Shown: piece by piece, positions 37,951 to 47,814 of the stretch
Numbering within the stretch: the stretch's first letter is position 1
Layout: each line of letters starts with the position of its first letter
IMG/VR virus record: IMGVR_UViG_3300034117_001294
Span: 1 to 64,000 of that record
DNA length: 64,000 bases
Strand: one strand, 5' to 3'
Notes under the pieces: model-generated
The model's database searches: none
The model's input: only the letters and a program-made list of their open reading frames with translations
Told to the model about the DNA's origin: nothing
Program-made: the position numbers and the translations under genes

Positions 37951-38305
37951 TATATTTGAAAACGAGAACGACAGTATTCTCTTTATGAATATATCAGACC
38001 AAGAGCAAGAAGATGCAAGCAAATGGTTCTCGGATCACTTGTTAGAGAAACCTATCAACCTATATTACTATCAAGGCGAGACTGATATAGGTTGGTTGTT
38101 TCATGCAATTTCAAAATCCAAAGCAGTGTACATCAACTGTAACAATGACAGCGATGTTACTAAATGGATAACTAGTTACGTACTCGGCAAGCCGCATGTT
38201 TTTTATTCGGCTGCTGATGAGAATTTCAAAGCGTTGATGAGTTATATTAACCAACAACTCGTTAACAATATTACTAAATTTCTAGAGGTTAATTTTGGCA
38301 AATAA
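37925..38305 (+). CDS. Hypothetical protein
   Basis: MITLITPPD ORF in operon. Confidence 0.55.
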   Translation: MITLITPPDIFENENDSILFMNISDQEQEDASKWFSDHLLEKPINLYYYQGETDIGWLFHAISKSKAVYINCNNDSDVTKWITSYVLGKPHVFYSAADENFKALMSYINQQLVNNITKFLEVNFGK

Positions 38306-39533
38306 AGATCACACTCCCAGTTGCAGTTTCTGCGGTAAGAGTAAAGAAGAAGTTGAAAAACTAATTGTTGGCGGTGACAACATTGCAATTTGTAATGAAT
38401 GCGTTGACCTGTGTCTTGACATTCTCAAAGACGACAAGGTTAAAAAATTCCCTACAGATTCTGCTCAGTTGCTTAATCCAGTTCGAGTTAAAGAATATCT
38501 CGATGAATACGTGATCGGACAAGCTGATGCTAAAATGGCACTGGCGGTAGCAGTATGTCAGCACTTCAAACGTATTGCTAAAAATAATCGTAACATTGAA
38601 ATTGACAAGACTAATGTGCTGATGATGGGTCCAACTGGCTGCGGCAAAACCATGCTGGTTAAAAAACTAGCCGAGTACTTAGATGTACCATTTGCAATCT
38701 GTGATGCTACTGGACTTACTGAAGCAGGATACGTTGGAGACGATGTCGAAAGTGTTCTTGTACGTCTAGTTGGCAATGCTGATGGTGATATCAAGAAAGC
38801 AGAGCACGGCATTATATATATTGATGAAATTGACAAGATTAGCCGCAAAGGTGAAAGTGCCAGTATCACTCGTGACGTATCAGGCGAAGGCGTCCAACAA
38901 GGGCTGTTGAAAATGATTGAAGGCAGTGTGGTTAGACTGCCAGCAGGTGAAAAACGCAAACATCCACGCGGTGAGATGAACGAAATTGATACTCAAAATA
39001 TTCTGTTCATTTGCGGCGGTGCATTTGTGGGACTGGATAAAATTGTAGCACGTAGAACCACTACTAGCTCAGTAGGTTTTGGCAGCAAACTAAAAGGCAA
39101 AGATGAAAAGAAAGATCTTTTCAAAGAAGTTACTACTAAAGACCTAATCAGCTTTGGATTAATCCCAGAATTTGTAGGTCGTTTTGGTACAGCTACATCA
39201 GTTGATGAGCTAACAACTGAACAATTAGTGCAAATCCTTAAAGAGCCAAAAAACAGTCTATTACAACAATATCAGTATATCTTTGAACTAGACGGAGTTG
39301 AACTTCAAATTGAAGATAGTGCATTAGGTGCAATCGCCGAACAGGCAAAGTTAATGGAGACTAACGCACGTGGTCTCAAGAATATTTTGGAAAAAATACT
39401 TTTACGTTATCAATTCGAAGCCATGGATCTTGTAGCCCGTGGTTTAACCAAAATTGTGATAAGTAAAGAAACAGTCGAAGGAAAGCCGGCTGTGCTAATT
39501 TTTGACAAAAAAGAAAATGAAAAGAAACAATAA
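38295..39533 (+). CDS. clpX: ClpX AAA+ unfoldase
   Basis: CSFCGK...ICNEC Zn domain, [40 protein letters not shown]. Confidence 0.96.
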   Translation: MANKDHTPSCSFCGKSKEEVEKLIVGGDNIAICNECVDLCLDILKDDKVKKFPTDSAQLLNPVRVKEYLDEYVIGQADAKMALAVAVCQHFKRIAKNNRNIEIDKTNVLMMGPTGCGKTMLVKKLAEYLDVPFAICDATGLTEAGYVGDDVESVLVRLVGNADGDIKKAEHGIIYIDEIDKISRKGESASITRDVSGEGVQQGLLKMIEGSVVRLPAGEKRKHPRGEMNEIDTQNILFICGGAFVGLDKIVARRTTTSSVGFGSKLKGKDEKKDLFKEVTTKDLISFGLIPEFVGRFGTATSVDELTTEQLVQILKEPKNSLLQQYQYIFELDGVELQIEDSALGAIAEQAKLMETNARGLKNILEKILLRYQFEAMDLVARGLTKIVISKETVEGKPAVLIFDKKENEKKQ

Positions 39534-39747
39534 TAAAGGTCTTAGTGTTGAAGTTAAGGATGACAATGTTAACGTTGCCCTTAGAAAATTCAAAAAGAAA
39601 GTAGAAGACTCTGGAAAACTAATTGATGTAGTTAAACGTCAACACTTTGAAAAACCCACCACTGAGAAGAAACGTAAAAAAGGAGCCGCTCGAGCTCGCT
39701 GGCTTAAAAAGCTCAGAGATGAAAGTCTTCCTAAAAAAATGTATTGA
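39517..39747 (+). CDS. rpsU: 30S ribosomal protein bS21
   Basis: VEVKDDNVNVALRKFKKKV...RQHFEKPTTEKKRKK.AA.AR. Confidence 0.88.
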   Translation: MKRNNNKGLSVEVKDDNVNVALRKFKKKVEDSGKLIDVVKRQHFEKPTTEKKRKKGAARARWLKKLRDESLPKKMY

Positions 39748-39772
39748 CACCTTCGTTATTATCTGCTACAAT
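39744..39772 (+). promoter_or_regulatory. sigma70 promoter (ATG only 6 nt downstream)
   Basis: TTGACA-17-TACAAT. Confidence 0.75.
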
Positions 39773-39778
39773 ATATAC

Positions 39779-40015
39779 ATGAGCAAAAAACTTGAAATCA
39801 AATTTGCCCCTGGATGTTTTGATAACTTCTCAGGATCCCAAGATGAGCTCGACGAGCTGATGGCCGAAATCCAAAAAATGGCAGAAACCGGAGAGCTTTT
39901 CGAACAATCGAAACCTTTAGATATTGATGAACTGATTGACGAGGATCCAGAATTTGCAGAAGCACTTCTGCGTCAGATCAACGATGTTCCGTCAGAACCA
40001 AGAAAGTTACAATAA
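39779..40015 (+). CDS. Acidic hypothetical protein
   Basis: MSKKLEIKFAPGCFD; start reassigned. Confidence 0.6.
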   Translation: MSKKLEIKFAPGCFDNFSGSQDELDELMAEIQKMAETGELFEQSKPLDIDELIDEDPEFAEALLRQINDVPSEPRKLQ

Positions 40016-40546
40016 ATGCCAAAACACCTAATGGTCGATATGGAGACCATGGCGGTCTCACCTAATGCAGTTGTCTTAAGTCTAGGTGCTGTACACTTTA
40101 ATCCACACGGCAATGGTTACGGTGATAAACTTTACTTTAAGATTAACTTAGATGATCAAGATGCATTGGGCAGAGAAATTGATCCTAACACCTTAGATTG
40201 GTGGTCTAAACAAGATCCAGTTATTATGGAAGAAGCGTTTAGTCCAGATAATCGAATTAGTCTAGTAGATGCAATGGACCAGTTTCATAAATTTGCTTGG
40301 GGCTGCGATGCATTTTGGTCACACGGTGCAACCTTTGACTTGGTTATTATTGAAAACTTGTATCGTTCATTGAACAAACCGTTGCCTTGGAACTTTTGGC
40401 AATTACGTGATACTCGTACACTGTTTGATCTAGGTGTAGACCCGGACATGCCTAAAGGCAGCAAGCACGATGCATTGCAAGATGCTATTCGTCAATCAGT
40501 GGGTGTGCAAAACTGCTATGCTAAACTAAAAATTCGTCCAAAATGA
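40016..40546 (+). CDS. DEDDh 3'-5' exoribonuclease
   Basis: VDMET, HGATFD, RDTRT, HDALQDA. Confidence 0.85.
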   Translation: MPKHLMVDMETMAVSPNAVVLSLGAVHFNPHGNGYGDKLYFKINLDDQDALGREIDPNTLDWWSKQDPVIMEEAFSPDNRISLVDAMDQFHKFAWGCDAFWSHGATFDLVIIENLYRSLNKPLPWNFWQLRDTRTLFDLGVDPDMPKGSKHDALQDAIRQSVGVQNCYAKLKIRPK

Positions 40547-41316
40547 ACTGCAATATTGATCGCCTGCGGGCACGTATCTTCCATGGCTTAAAAAGTCTGC
40601 TCAGTGACGGTGACACATTGCCTCCTCGATTCCTTGAAGTAGCAATTTGTGAGAGCTTTGGATTAGAACACGTAGGCGACGGTAACTTTTATGCTGACGG
40701 CGTTAAAGACAAGATGCAGGCTAGTATCAAAACTCGCATGATGAATCCTCACTTGTTAAAGCGTAAACAAGGACGAGACTTTCAAACAGACCCTGCTATG
40801 TTTCTTGGTCCTAAACAAAACAAAAAACATAAAAAGTTTTGGGCAGGATTGGAAATTGTACAGCGTCGACAAGCATTGCCGTTTAAAGATGCTACAGCGG
40901 CAGCAGTTAAAATTGGAACTGCAACTCTCGAAGCTTTTCAAACTAACATTAAAGAAAGTTTTGAAAAGTTTGATACTGATAAGAGTTATGAGATTGTAGG
41001 TGTACACGGGTATTCAATTGAAGGCGATTACATTGTCAGCCTTTACTGGCACGAATATGCTCCTATTGATCCAGCTACTATCAAGTGGACTAAAGAAGGT
41101 TACGGAGTAACTGGCTATGCAAAAGTAGGTGATCAAAGCATGGTGGTCTGTGAGCGTATTAACGGCAATGCCAAACGCGAAGCTACTTGTTATAAAGAAT
41201 ACAAAAATTTAACCAAGCTGCCTAACAGTATTCACATCAAAGTTCCATTGCCAACTCCGTGGTCTTTTAACGAGGCAGAAATTCTTAAAGAATTAAACAG
41301 TGTCAGTAATTGTTAA
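40543..41316 (+). CDS. Hypothetical protein
   Basis: 257 aa ORF; ATGA overlap. Confidence 0.55.
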   Translation: MNCNIDRLRARIFHGLKSLLSDGDTLPPRFLEVAICESFGLEHVGDGNFYADGVKDKMQASIKTRMMNPHLLKRKQGRDFQTDPAMFLGPKQNKKHKKFWAGLEIVQRRQALPFKDATAAAVKIGTATLEAFQTNIKESFEKFDTDKSYEIVGVHGYSIEGDYIVSLYWHEYAPIDPATIKWTKEGYGVTGYAKVGDQSMVVCERINGNAKREATCYKEYKNLTKLPNSIHIKVPLPTPWSFNEAEILKELNSVSNC

Positions 41317-41530
41317 AATTCATTGGTCTCGTGAATTTGAAAACGAGAAGATGTGGAACGAAGTATGTATATGGGCAATTGAGTACTTTGGTTTGCCCGG
41401 AGATCGATTTGAAACCCGGGCAAACGTCAATTACATGGAATTCATTTTTAAGAGCCGTAAAGATGCACTCCTTATGTCTCTTAGGTGGAACGCAGAGTTA
41501 CTTGAACCAGCCGACTTTGAGACCGTTTGA
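41300..41530 (+). CDS. Small protein, distant member of LRW cassette family
   Basis: W...FG..G.RF...F.F....DALLMSLRW. Confidence 0.55.
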   Translation: MSVIVKIHWSREFENEKMWNEVCIWAIEYFGLPGDRFETRANVNYMEFIFKSRKDALLMSLRWNAELLEPADFETV

Positions 41531-41917
41531 TATACGGTGTTGCCATTCTTCAACGCTGCCTGGATAACGCCAAGCCCACACAGCACACAGCATCATAAAC
41601 AATCCTGTGCCTGCTACCGCTTTCCAATTATAGGTAGTAAACCAAATAATTAGTAAGCTACAATCCATAGTAATGAACATGGCCCATTTGGCCTTAGTGG
41701 GGAACACACGCTTCTCGCCCCAGTTGCTCAAGAACGGTCCAAATAACTTGTGATTCATAATCCAGTTGTGCATACGTTCGCTTCCTCTAGCAAAACAGAA
41801 TGCGGCAATCACTGTGGGAGTCGACCACGGGATACCCGGAGTTACGATTCCGATGTAGGCAATGCCTAGGAATATAAATCCCAGTGTTACCCAAAATGCT
41901 TTTTTAATTTTATTCAT
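41498..41917 (-). CDS. ybaN: YbaN/DUF454 membrane protein
   Basis: LGIAYIGIVTPGIPWSTPTVIAAFCFARGSER.HNW...H..FGP.L.NW. Confidence 0.8.
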   Translation of the reverse strand: MNKIKKAFWVTLGFIFLGIAYIGIVTPGIPWSTPTVIAAFCFARGSERMHNWIMNHKLFGPFLSNWGEKRVFPTKAKWAMFITMDCSLLIIWFTTYNWKAVAGTGLFMMLCAVWAWRYPGSVEEWQHRISNGLKVGWFK

Positions 41918-43107
41918 AATATTTCCTTTAAACTTCGTGTTAGATAATCAATGTCTGCTTCTGTGTGATTAGGAGTTGGAGTTGCACGAAGTCGTTCTGC
42001 ACCCCAAGGTACCGTTGGATAGTTGATGGGCTGAAGATATATAGCACGTTCTTCTAATAGCCAGTCACTGATATGTTTGCATTTTCTAGCATCGCGAATC
42101 ATAATAGGAACAATGTGCGTATCACCTGGCATCACGTCGATATCGTTTGACAATAAATGTTCTTTAGTTTGTTGTGCTACATTAAAAATTCGTGTTCTAA
42201 GTTCAGGATGATCTGCAACGTACTTAACACTGGCCAATGCCCCGGCACATAGTACCGGGCTCATGGATGTGCTAAAGATAAAGCCTTGTGCATAACTGCG
42301 TACCATATCAATTAAGTCACGCCCGGCGGCAATATAGCCTCCTTGAACTCCGTAGGCTTTGGCCAGTGTTCCTTGAAACACGTCAACACCTTCTACGCAT
42401 CTCTGCTCTTCGGCAACTCCGGCACCGCGACTGCCATATAGTCCTACAGCATGTACTTCGTCAACATAAACCATTGCACCGTATAATCGAGCAATATCAC
42501 AAACATCACTAATCAGTCCTTTATCTCCGTCCATAGAATATACACCTTCCATTGTAATGATAGGTTGTGCGTCAATAGACATAGTCTGTAGTATTTCTTT
42601 TAAGTGTGCAAGATCATTGTGTCGCCAAACTGTAACAGGTGCTTGACTGCTTTTCATTCCTACAATCATACTGTTATGATTATTACTATCACTAATGTAA
42701 TGTGCTCCGGGTATCATGCGACCCATAACACTCAATGCAGCTTGATTGGCCACATATCCGCTAGTGAACAATAACGCACTGGTCTTGTCATGCAGCTTGG
42801 CTAACTCCCATTCAAGTGCTACATGATAATGTGTAGTTCCTGAAATGTTTCGTGTGCCTCCCGAACCTGCACCTGCTGTATCTAATGCTGTGTGCATTGC
42901 GTCCAATACTACTTTGTGCTGGCCCATGCCCAAGTAGTCATTTGAGCACCAGTTGGTTATGTGTTTGATATTGTATTTGCCATAGTAAACCGCTTTCGGA
43001 AATTCTCCTCGTTCACGAAGGATATCAGTGAATACTCGATAATTTCCTTCAGTCTTGAGTTTTTCCAAACTCTGTCCTATAGCGTCTTGTGTTTTTGGCT
43101 TTATCAT
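41914..43107 (-). CDS. hemA: 5-aminolevulinate synthase (Shemin/C4 pathway)
   Basis: WCSNDYLGM, GAGSGGTRNISGT, FTSGYVAN, VYSMDGD, DEVHAVGLYG, GTLAKAYG, FIFSTS, INYPTV. Confidence 0.9.
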   Translation of the reverse strand: MIKPKTQDAIGQSLEKLKTEGNYRVFTDILRERGEFPKAVYYGKYNIKHITNWCSNDYLGMGQHKVVLDAMHTALDTAGAGSGGTRNISGTTHYHVALEWELAKLHDKTSALLFTSGYVANQAALSVMGRMIPGAHYISDSNNHNSMIVGMKSSQAPVTVWRHNDLAHLKEILQTMSIDAQPIITMEGVYSMDGDKGLISDVCDIARLYGAMVYVDEVHAVGLYGSRGAGVAEEQRCVEGVDVFQGTLAKAYGVQGGYIAAGRDLIDMVRSYAQGFIFSTSMSPVLCAGALASVKYVADHPELRTRIFNVAQQTKEHLLSNDIDVMPGDTHIVPIMIRDARKCKHISDWLLEERAIYLQPINYPTVPWGAERLRATPTPNHTEADIDYLTRSLKEIL

Positions 43108-43148
43108 AATGTTAGTATTTAACCATATAAATATTCAAAAGGTAAGCA

Positions 43149-44177
43149 ATGGCTAAAACAACTGAAATTGAATTTGACGGTAAAGACATAGTGCTGTTAG
43201 ACGACGATTTAAACTACACTACGCATACAGTAGAATCTGTATTAAGTAAAGATCTGTCATTTTGGAAGGGCTGGCATTGTGCAATTGGCCTTCGATCGCT
43301 CTATATTGATTATGAAGGAAATGTAGTACGAGGAACCTGCAGGGAAGGTGGGGTAGTTGCTAACGTATACAAGAAATCCATTCCGTTAGACATTGCAATA
43401 GGTAATAAATGGACAGTTTGCGGAAAGCAGATATGTTCTTGCGGTGCAGATATGGCTGTGCCTAAGGTAAAGCATCAAGAAAGCATACTGAGATTTTTTG
43501 ATTCTAATAAAATTAGAGAATTCGATCTTAACTACAAATTGCCCAAAGTAGACGCAGAAGTTGTATATTCAACCAACTACAATTATAAAACCATAACATG
43601 GGCCATAGGCCGTAGATGTAACTTTGACTGCTGGTATTGTCCAGAAAGCGATCACAATAACTTTGAAGCACACAAAGATTACGACACTTTGATGTCTGCT
43701 TACAATATATTATCAACTCAATGGATCAAAGGTGAACCTACTAAGTTCAGTATGCTAGGCGGAGAACTGACTGTATATAAAGACTATCTGCCATTTGTTA
43801 AAACCTTAAGAAAAGACGGTCATGGATCTATCACTACAACAAACGGTAGTAGAGATGCTGCCTATTATGCAGAGCTGGCACAGGTTAGCGATCTATGCTT
43901 TAGTTTACATTTGAATTACTTAAAAACTTTAGGGATTGAAAAGTTTGTAAAAAGTATAGATGCTGCTATTCGAAATAAGGCTGAGAATTTTATTCGAATC
44001 CGCTTAATGGTAGACCCGGGTAATTTGGAATATGCTAAAGAAGTACACGAAATACTATTAGAAAAGTTTAATGGTCGTTGCCTAATCGCTATCAAACCTG
44101 TCCATGACACACAAGGTAAATTATTTCCATACGAGCCAAAAGAGATCATTTGGATACAAAACCCTATTGACAAATAG
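43149..44177 (+). CDS. Radical SAM protein with N-terminal Cys-rich SPASM/twitch-like domain
   Basis: CNFDCWYC and MLGGE in C-terminal half; GWHCAIG..IDYEGNV..C..C....CSC in N-terminal half. Confidence 0.75.
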   Translation: MAKTTEIEFDGKDIVLLDDDLNYTTHTVESVLSKDLSFWKGWHCAIGLRSLYIDYEGNVVRGTCREGGVVANVYKKSIPLDIAIGNKWTVCGKQICSCGADMAVPKVKHQESILRFFDSNKIREFDLNYKLPKVDAEVVYSTNYNYKTITWAIGRRCNFDCWYCPESDHNNFEAHKDYDTLMSAYNILSTQWIKGEPTKFSMLGGELTVYKDYLPFVKTLRKDGHGSITTTNGSRDAAYYAELAQVSDLCFSLHLNYLKTLGIEKFVKSIDAAIRNKAENFIRIRLMVDPGNLEYAKEVHEILLEKFNGRCLIAIKPVHDTQGKLFPYEPKEIIWIQNPIDK

Positions 44178-44195
44178 CATTCTTAATGCTATACT
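44167..44195 (+). promoter_or_regulatory. sigma70 promoter
   Basis: TTGACA-17-TATACT. Confidence 0.8.
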
Positions 44196-44219
44196 TGTTT
44201 ATCAACATAGGAGAATTCC

Positions 44220-44780
44220 GTGAACAGTGAAATTATGCAACGTTGGATGGAAATGGTTCAGTTTCGAATCACTGAAGGCAGTGATTACGGTTGGCAGTGT
44301 TTTGGTTATAATGCCTATACACTATCATCATGGGATGGCGATCAAGCTGGCACTAGTTTTAATATTACCTTTGACACAAAGGATCAAACAGTTTTTATGA
44401 TAGAAGCTCACGACTTCTCAAATGATCGTGCCTATCGTTGGATTGATCCTACTCATCAATCTCAGTTTACGCAAGAAGTTTCAAATCGCGGCATAACTGA
44501 TGAGGCTTGGGAAGATGTTCAATATGTAGATCTCGAAGTAGTTGACGACTGGTTTGAAAAAGCCACTGCTATATATAACGGAGAGCCGTATGATCAACGA
44601 GTCCAGATGCCAGTTGACTTTAGTGACGAAGAGTTGTTAAAGTATATGAAGCTGGCACACGAACGTGATATGACTTTCAACCAGTTTGTAGAAGAAGCTC
44701 TGCGAGCTGCCATTGAAGATTACAATCGTGACCCGGAGGGTACGAAGCAACGGGCAAAGGATTTTGTACGTGGCAAATGA
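44220..44780 (+). CDS. Hypothetical protein with C-terminal ribbon-helix-helix-like segment
   Basis: AGGAG RBS, GTG start; LMKLAHERDMTFNQFVEEALR-like end. Confidence 0.6.
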   Translation: MNSEIMQRWMEMVQFRITEGSDYGWQCFGYNAYTLSSWDGDQAGTSFNITFDTKDQTVFMIEAHDFSNDRAYRWIDPTHQSQFTQEVSNRGITDEAWEDVQYVDLEVVDDWFEKATAIYNGEPYDQRVQMPVDFSDEELLKYMKLAHERDMTFNQFVEEALRAAIEDYNRDPEGTKQRAKDFVRGK

Positions 44781-45087
44781 ACTGGCAAAATATCTAAACA
44801 GTCGCCGACGACATAAGGACGAGTCTGCTATTAAAAAACAGACCAAGATTGCTAAACAGCACAGAGTAAGCGAATACAATCCTGGTGAAGTTAAGCAACC
44901 ACATCGTTTCAATAAACGGCATGCAATGGACTGTGGTAACCCAGAATGCTTTATGTGCGGTAATCCACGCAAAACGCACAAAGACAAATTAACTACACAA
45001 GAAAAGCGTCTATTCCAAGATGTGGAAAAGACTTCCGATCGACACAGTAACGGATTGCCTCCAGATGACAAAGAAGATATACTATGA
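44770..45087 (+). CDS. Basic protein with CxxxxCxxC motif
   Basis: DCGNPECFMCGNPR; start uncertain. Confidence 0.5.
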   Translation: MANELAKYLNSRRRHKDESAIKKQTKIAKQHRVSEYNPGEVKQPHRFNKRHAMDCGNPECFMCGNPRKTHKDKLTTQEKRLFQDVEKTSDRHSNGLPPDDKEDIL

Positions 45088-45529
45088 GAAAGTTGGCCGC
45101 CGGTATATTCCAGTAGCCGAATATGATAACATGTTGCTAGACAGTTTCCCGAAAGGTGACCACCTAGTTATGTGTTACCCTGGTGGATCTAGCCGCAGAT
45201 TCAACATCGATCCACACTATGCACCTATGATTGCGGCTGGCCGTGTTGCTGAAGATGCTATCAGTAAAGCAGTGGTCAAAGCCAGCGAGATGCGTCCCCA
45301 CCGTACACCCATTACTGAGAAGCAACGTAAGGCTTGGGAATCTCTGGCCAAAGCATTTGACAATGATCGCTACTACATTGAAATCCCTAGTGCAAGAGAA
45401 ATTGCCGAAGCGGGAGTTAAAGCAATGATTGATGAAGCCGACAAACTAATGGAGCACGAAAGTGTACGCAAAGCCTACGATCATTTCCAACTAATGTGTA
45501 AATTGGTTAAAGAAAACGAACGTGAATGA
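45065..45529 (+). CDS. Hypothetical protein
   Basis: MTKKIYYEKVGRRY; start reassigned. Confidence 0.55.
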   Translation: MTKKIYYEKVGRRYIPVAEYDNMLLDSFPKGDHLVMCYPGGSSRRFNIDPHYAPMIAAGRVAEDAISKAVVKASEMRPHRTPITEKQRKAWESLAKAFDNDRYYIEIPSAREIAEAGVKAMIDEADKLMEHESVRKAYDHFQLMCKLVKENERE

Positions 45530-46302
45530 CTCGCTTTTTATTATTGATGCTAGTTTGCGGATCTGTTTGGGCTAAACCGTTACCTCAAAGTGTGTTGCTG
45601 TACAACGATACTACCGGACACCACCTAATTCAATCTAATGCAGACACTGTTCGTCCTATTGCCAGTATTACTAAACTAATGACTGCTATGGTTACGTTAG
45701 ATTATGACAAAGACCTTACCCGCACATTAAAATCTGCAGGCAAAGTCGGAGGAATACTGCCTCGAGGTACGTGGACACGAGGAGAGGTGATGCACGCCAT
45801 GTTGATTCGCAGTGACAACGATGCTGCCGAAACATTAGCAGCAGATTACCCCGGAGGTCGCAGTGCCTTTTTGGCAGCTATGAACGCTAAGGCTATATTA
45901 CTCAATATGCCTAACGCTAATTTTGGAGATCCGAGTGGACTCGATTCTAAGAATGTTACAACATTGCTCGGAGTTAAACGCTTACTGTTGGCAAGTTCAG
46001 AGTATCCTATTATCCGAGAAATTAGTGTAAAGAAACAGGCATTGTTTGATCATCGATTTAAAAAGAAAATACGTAAGATCGAATTACCAAATACCAACAA
46101 AGAATTATTATTTGAGTTTGACAATATTGTTGTGACTAAAACAGGACTAACTAATCCTGCAGGTTGGTGTTTAGGTATGGTTGTAGAACAGGGTGGACAA
46201 AAATATGTCATAGTAATTTTAGGTGCTAGAAATAAATTAGAGCGACTTAAAATTGCCAAAGAAATCATGTACAATAACATAACAGATACGGATTTGCGAT
46301 GA
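45526..46302 (+). CDS. Peptidase S11 (PBP7/DacA-like D-Ala-D-Ala peptidase) with signal peptide
   Basis: SITK (SxxK), SDN (SxN), KTG. Confidence 0.88.
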   Translation: MTRFLLLMLVCGSVWAKPLPQSVLLYNDTTGHHLIQSNADTVRPIASITKLMTAMVTLDYDKDLTRTLKSAGKVGGILPRGTWTRGEVMHAMLIRSDNDAAETLAADYPGGRSAFLAAMNAKAILLNMPNANFGDPSGLDSKNVTTLLGVKRLLLASSEYPIIREISVKKQALFDHRFKKKIRKIELPNTNKELLFEFDNIVVTKTGLTNPAGWCLGMVVEQGGQKYVIVILGARNKLERLKIAKEIMYNNITDTDLR

Positions 46303-47521
46303 TATTAGTTGATCACGAGTATCATGTTGTTGAGTTACACACATTTAAGATACCACCTGCAGAAATGTTTGAGTGGCTACAACTTAAATTCGGTCCGGGT
46401 GACGGTTACCGTTGGATGTACAAGCATCCTAAAATTTATTTTGCAGATCCAAAAGATCACATGATGTTTTTGTTGAGGTGGTCATGAATCGTACTCACTT
46501 GGATTATGAAGTATTTCTAGACTCCGGACTACACAATAAGGCAGGACGATGGTGTGCCCAACAGTTCGGACAGCGTTGGGAAGTAATAGGTTTTCAATCC
46601 GGGCGTTGGTCAATGTTTTGGGGCGGAAGAGATAGCCCGGGCAAGTATAGATTTTGTTTTGCCCATGAGCAAGACAAGCTGATGTTTATGTTGAGGTGGT
46701 CATGAATATTGAACAAAGTGTAATTAACGAAGCAGCTCGCCAAATGGCTAAAGCTATTGACGATGAGTTACTAATGACCACAATGGGGTGGCACAAACTA
46801 GAACTAAGCGAAGGTACTGTTTACGGTTCTCGATATCTAACTGTACATCCTAACAACGGCTGGCACTGGAATGAAATGATGGATTGGACAGTAAAGACAT
46901 TTGGACCCACAGCACACGACGGAGTCTGGACACCTAACATGCGTTGGTATGCTAACAATGCTAAATTTTGGTTCCGAAATGAAAAGGATCGTACAATGTT
47001 TATTCTGAGGTGGGCATAATGGCCAGTATTAATACTATTATTGGCAGTGCTGAAACAGAGCCCGAAATCCAGCCAATGCAAACTGGCAAGGCCAAAGGTT
47101 GGATTGGTGAGTATCATTGGGTTAGTCTTCCTGTTACTGATCAAAACAAATACGAAAACACAACTGAGTTAGCCACTGAATGGTGTCGAGATCAGTTTGG
47201 TAAGAGTGGTGCTCGTTGGTTTGAAAAAGAACGTAAATTCTATTTCAAAAGTGAGAAGGACATGACTATGTTTATTCTGAGGTGGTCGTGAGTGATACAG
47301 CAAGCTGGATTACATTTGGTAAAGAACGGTATTGGCAACATCCAGACATGGAACAATGGTGCCACGAACATGTAGGAACCGGTGGTTGGTCCTATCAGAC
47401 TCCTGAAACTTGGGAAGGCATGAATGGTAAGATTTGGGTCATGCATAGTATGTTTGGTAATACTACATTTGCCTTCAAGGATGCTAAACATTTAACAATG
47501 TTTTTATTAAGGTGGTTATAA
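46299..47521 (+). CDS. Tandem array of five small paralogs ending in MF(L/M/I)LRWx (46299-46487, 46484-46705, 46702-47019, 47019-47291, 47288-47521)
   Basis: Shared W..W...FG...RW...F.F...D..MF.LRW pattern; each stop overlaps the next start. Confidence 0.75.
46464..47521 (+). repeat. Five 24-nt junction repeats ATGTTTWTNYTRAGGTGGKYRTRA
   Basis: Copies at 46464, 46682, 46996, 47268, 47498. Confidence 0.8.
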
Positions 47522-47585
47522 TGGAGTTGACAAAATTAAAAAAATTTGTTAAAGTATTAGATAAACATACAGAAAGAATTTTATC

Positions 47586-47804
47586 ATGACTATGGATCAA
47601 GCAGCGACCTGGTTAGCAGGCAGTATTTTAACAATGTTAGGTTTTATTGTAGTAATTGGTGCAGTATTGGTAATCAACAATCTACTGCATAAGTATTGGA
47701 AACCAGTGCAATTCTTTAAATGGGCAGAACATCCTTCTACTCGTTTTATGACGGAAGAAGAAACTACAAAGATTGCACCAGTAATAGACCAACAGAATAA
47801 ATGA
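47586..47804 (+). CDS. Small membrane protein
   Basis: One TM helix. Confidence 0.55.
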   Translation: MTMDQAATWLAGSILTMLGFIVVIGAVLVINNLLHKYWKPVQFFKWAEHPSTRFMTEEETTKIAPVIDQQNK

Positions 47805-47814
47805 TAAATACTTG

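Noticed and set aside
41914-43107. BioF/AONS or KBL assignment
   Set aside because: GTRNISG, WCSNDYLGM and INYPTV are ALAS-type motifs
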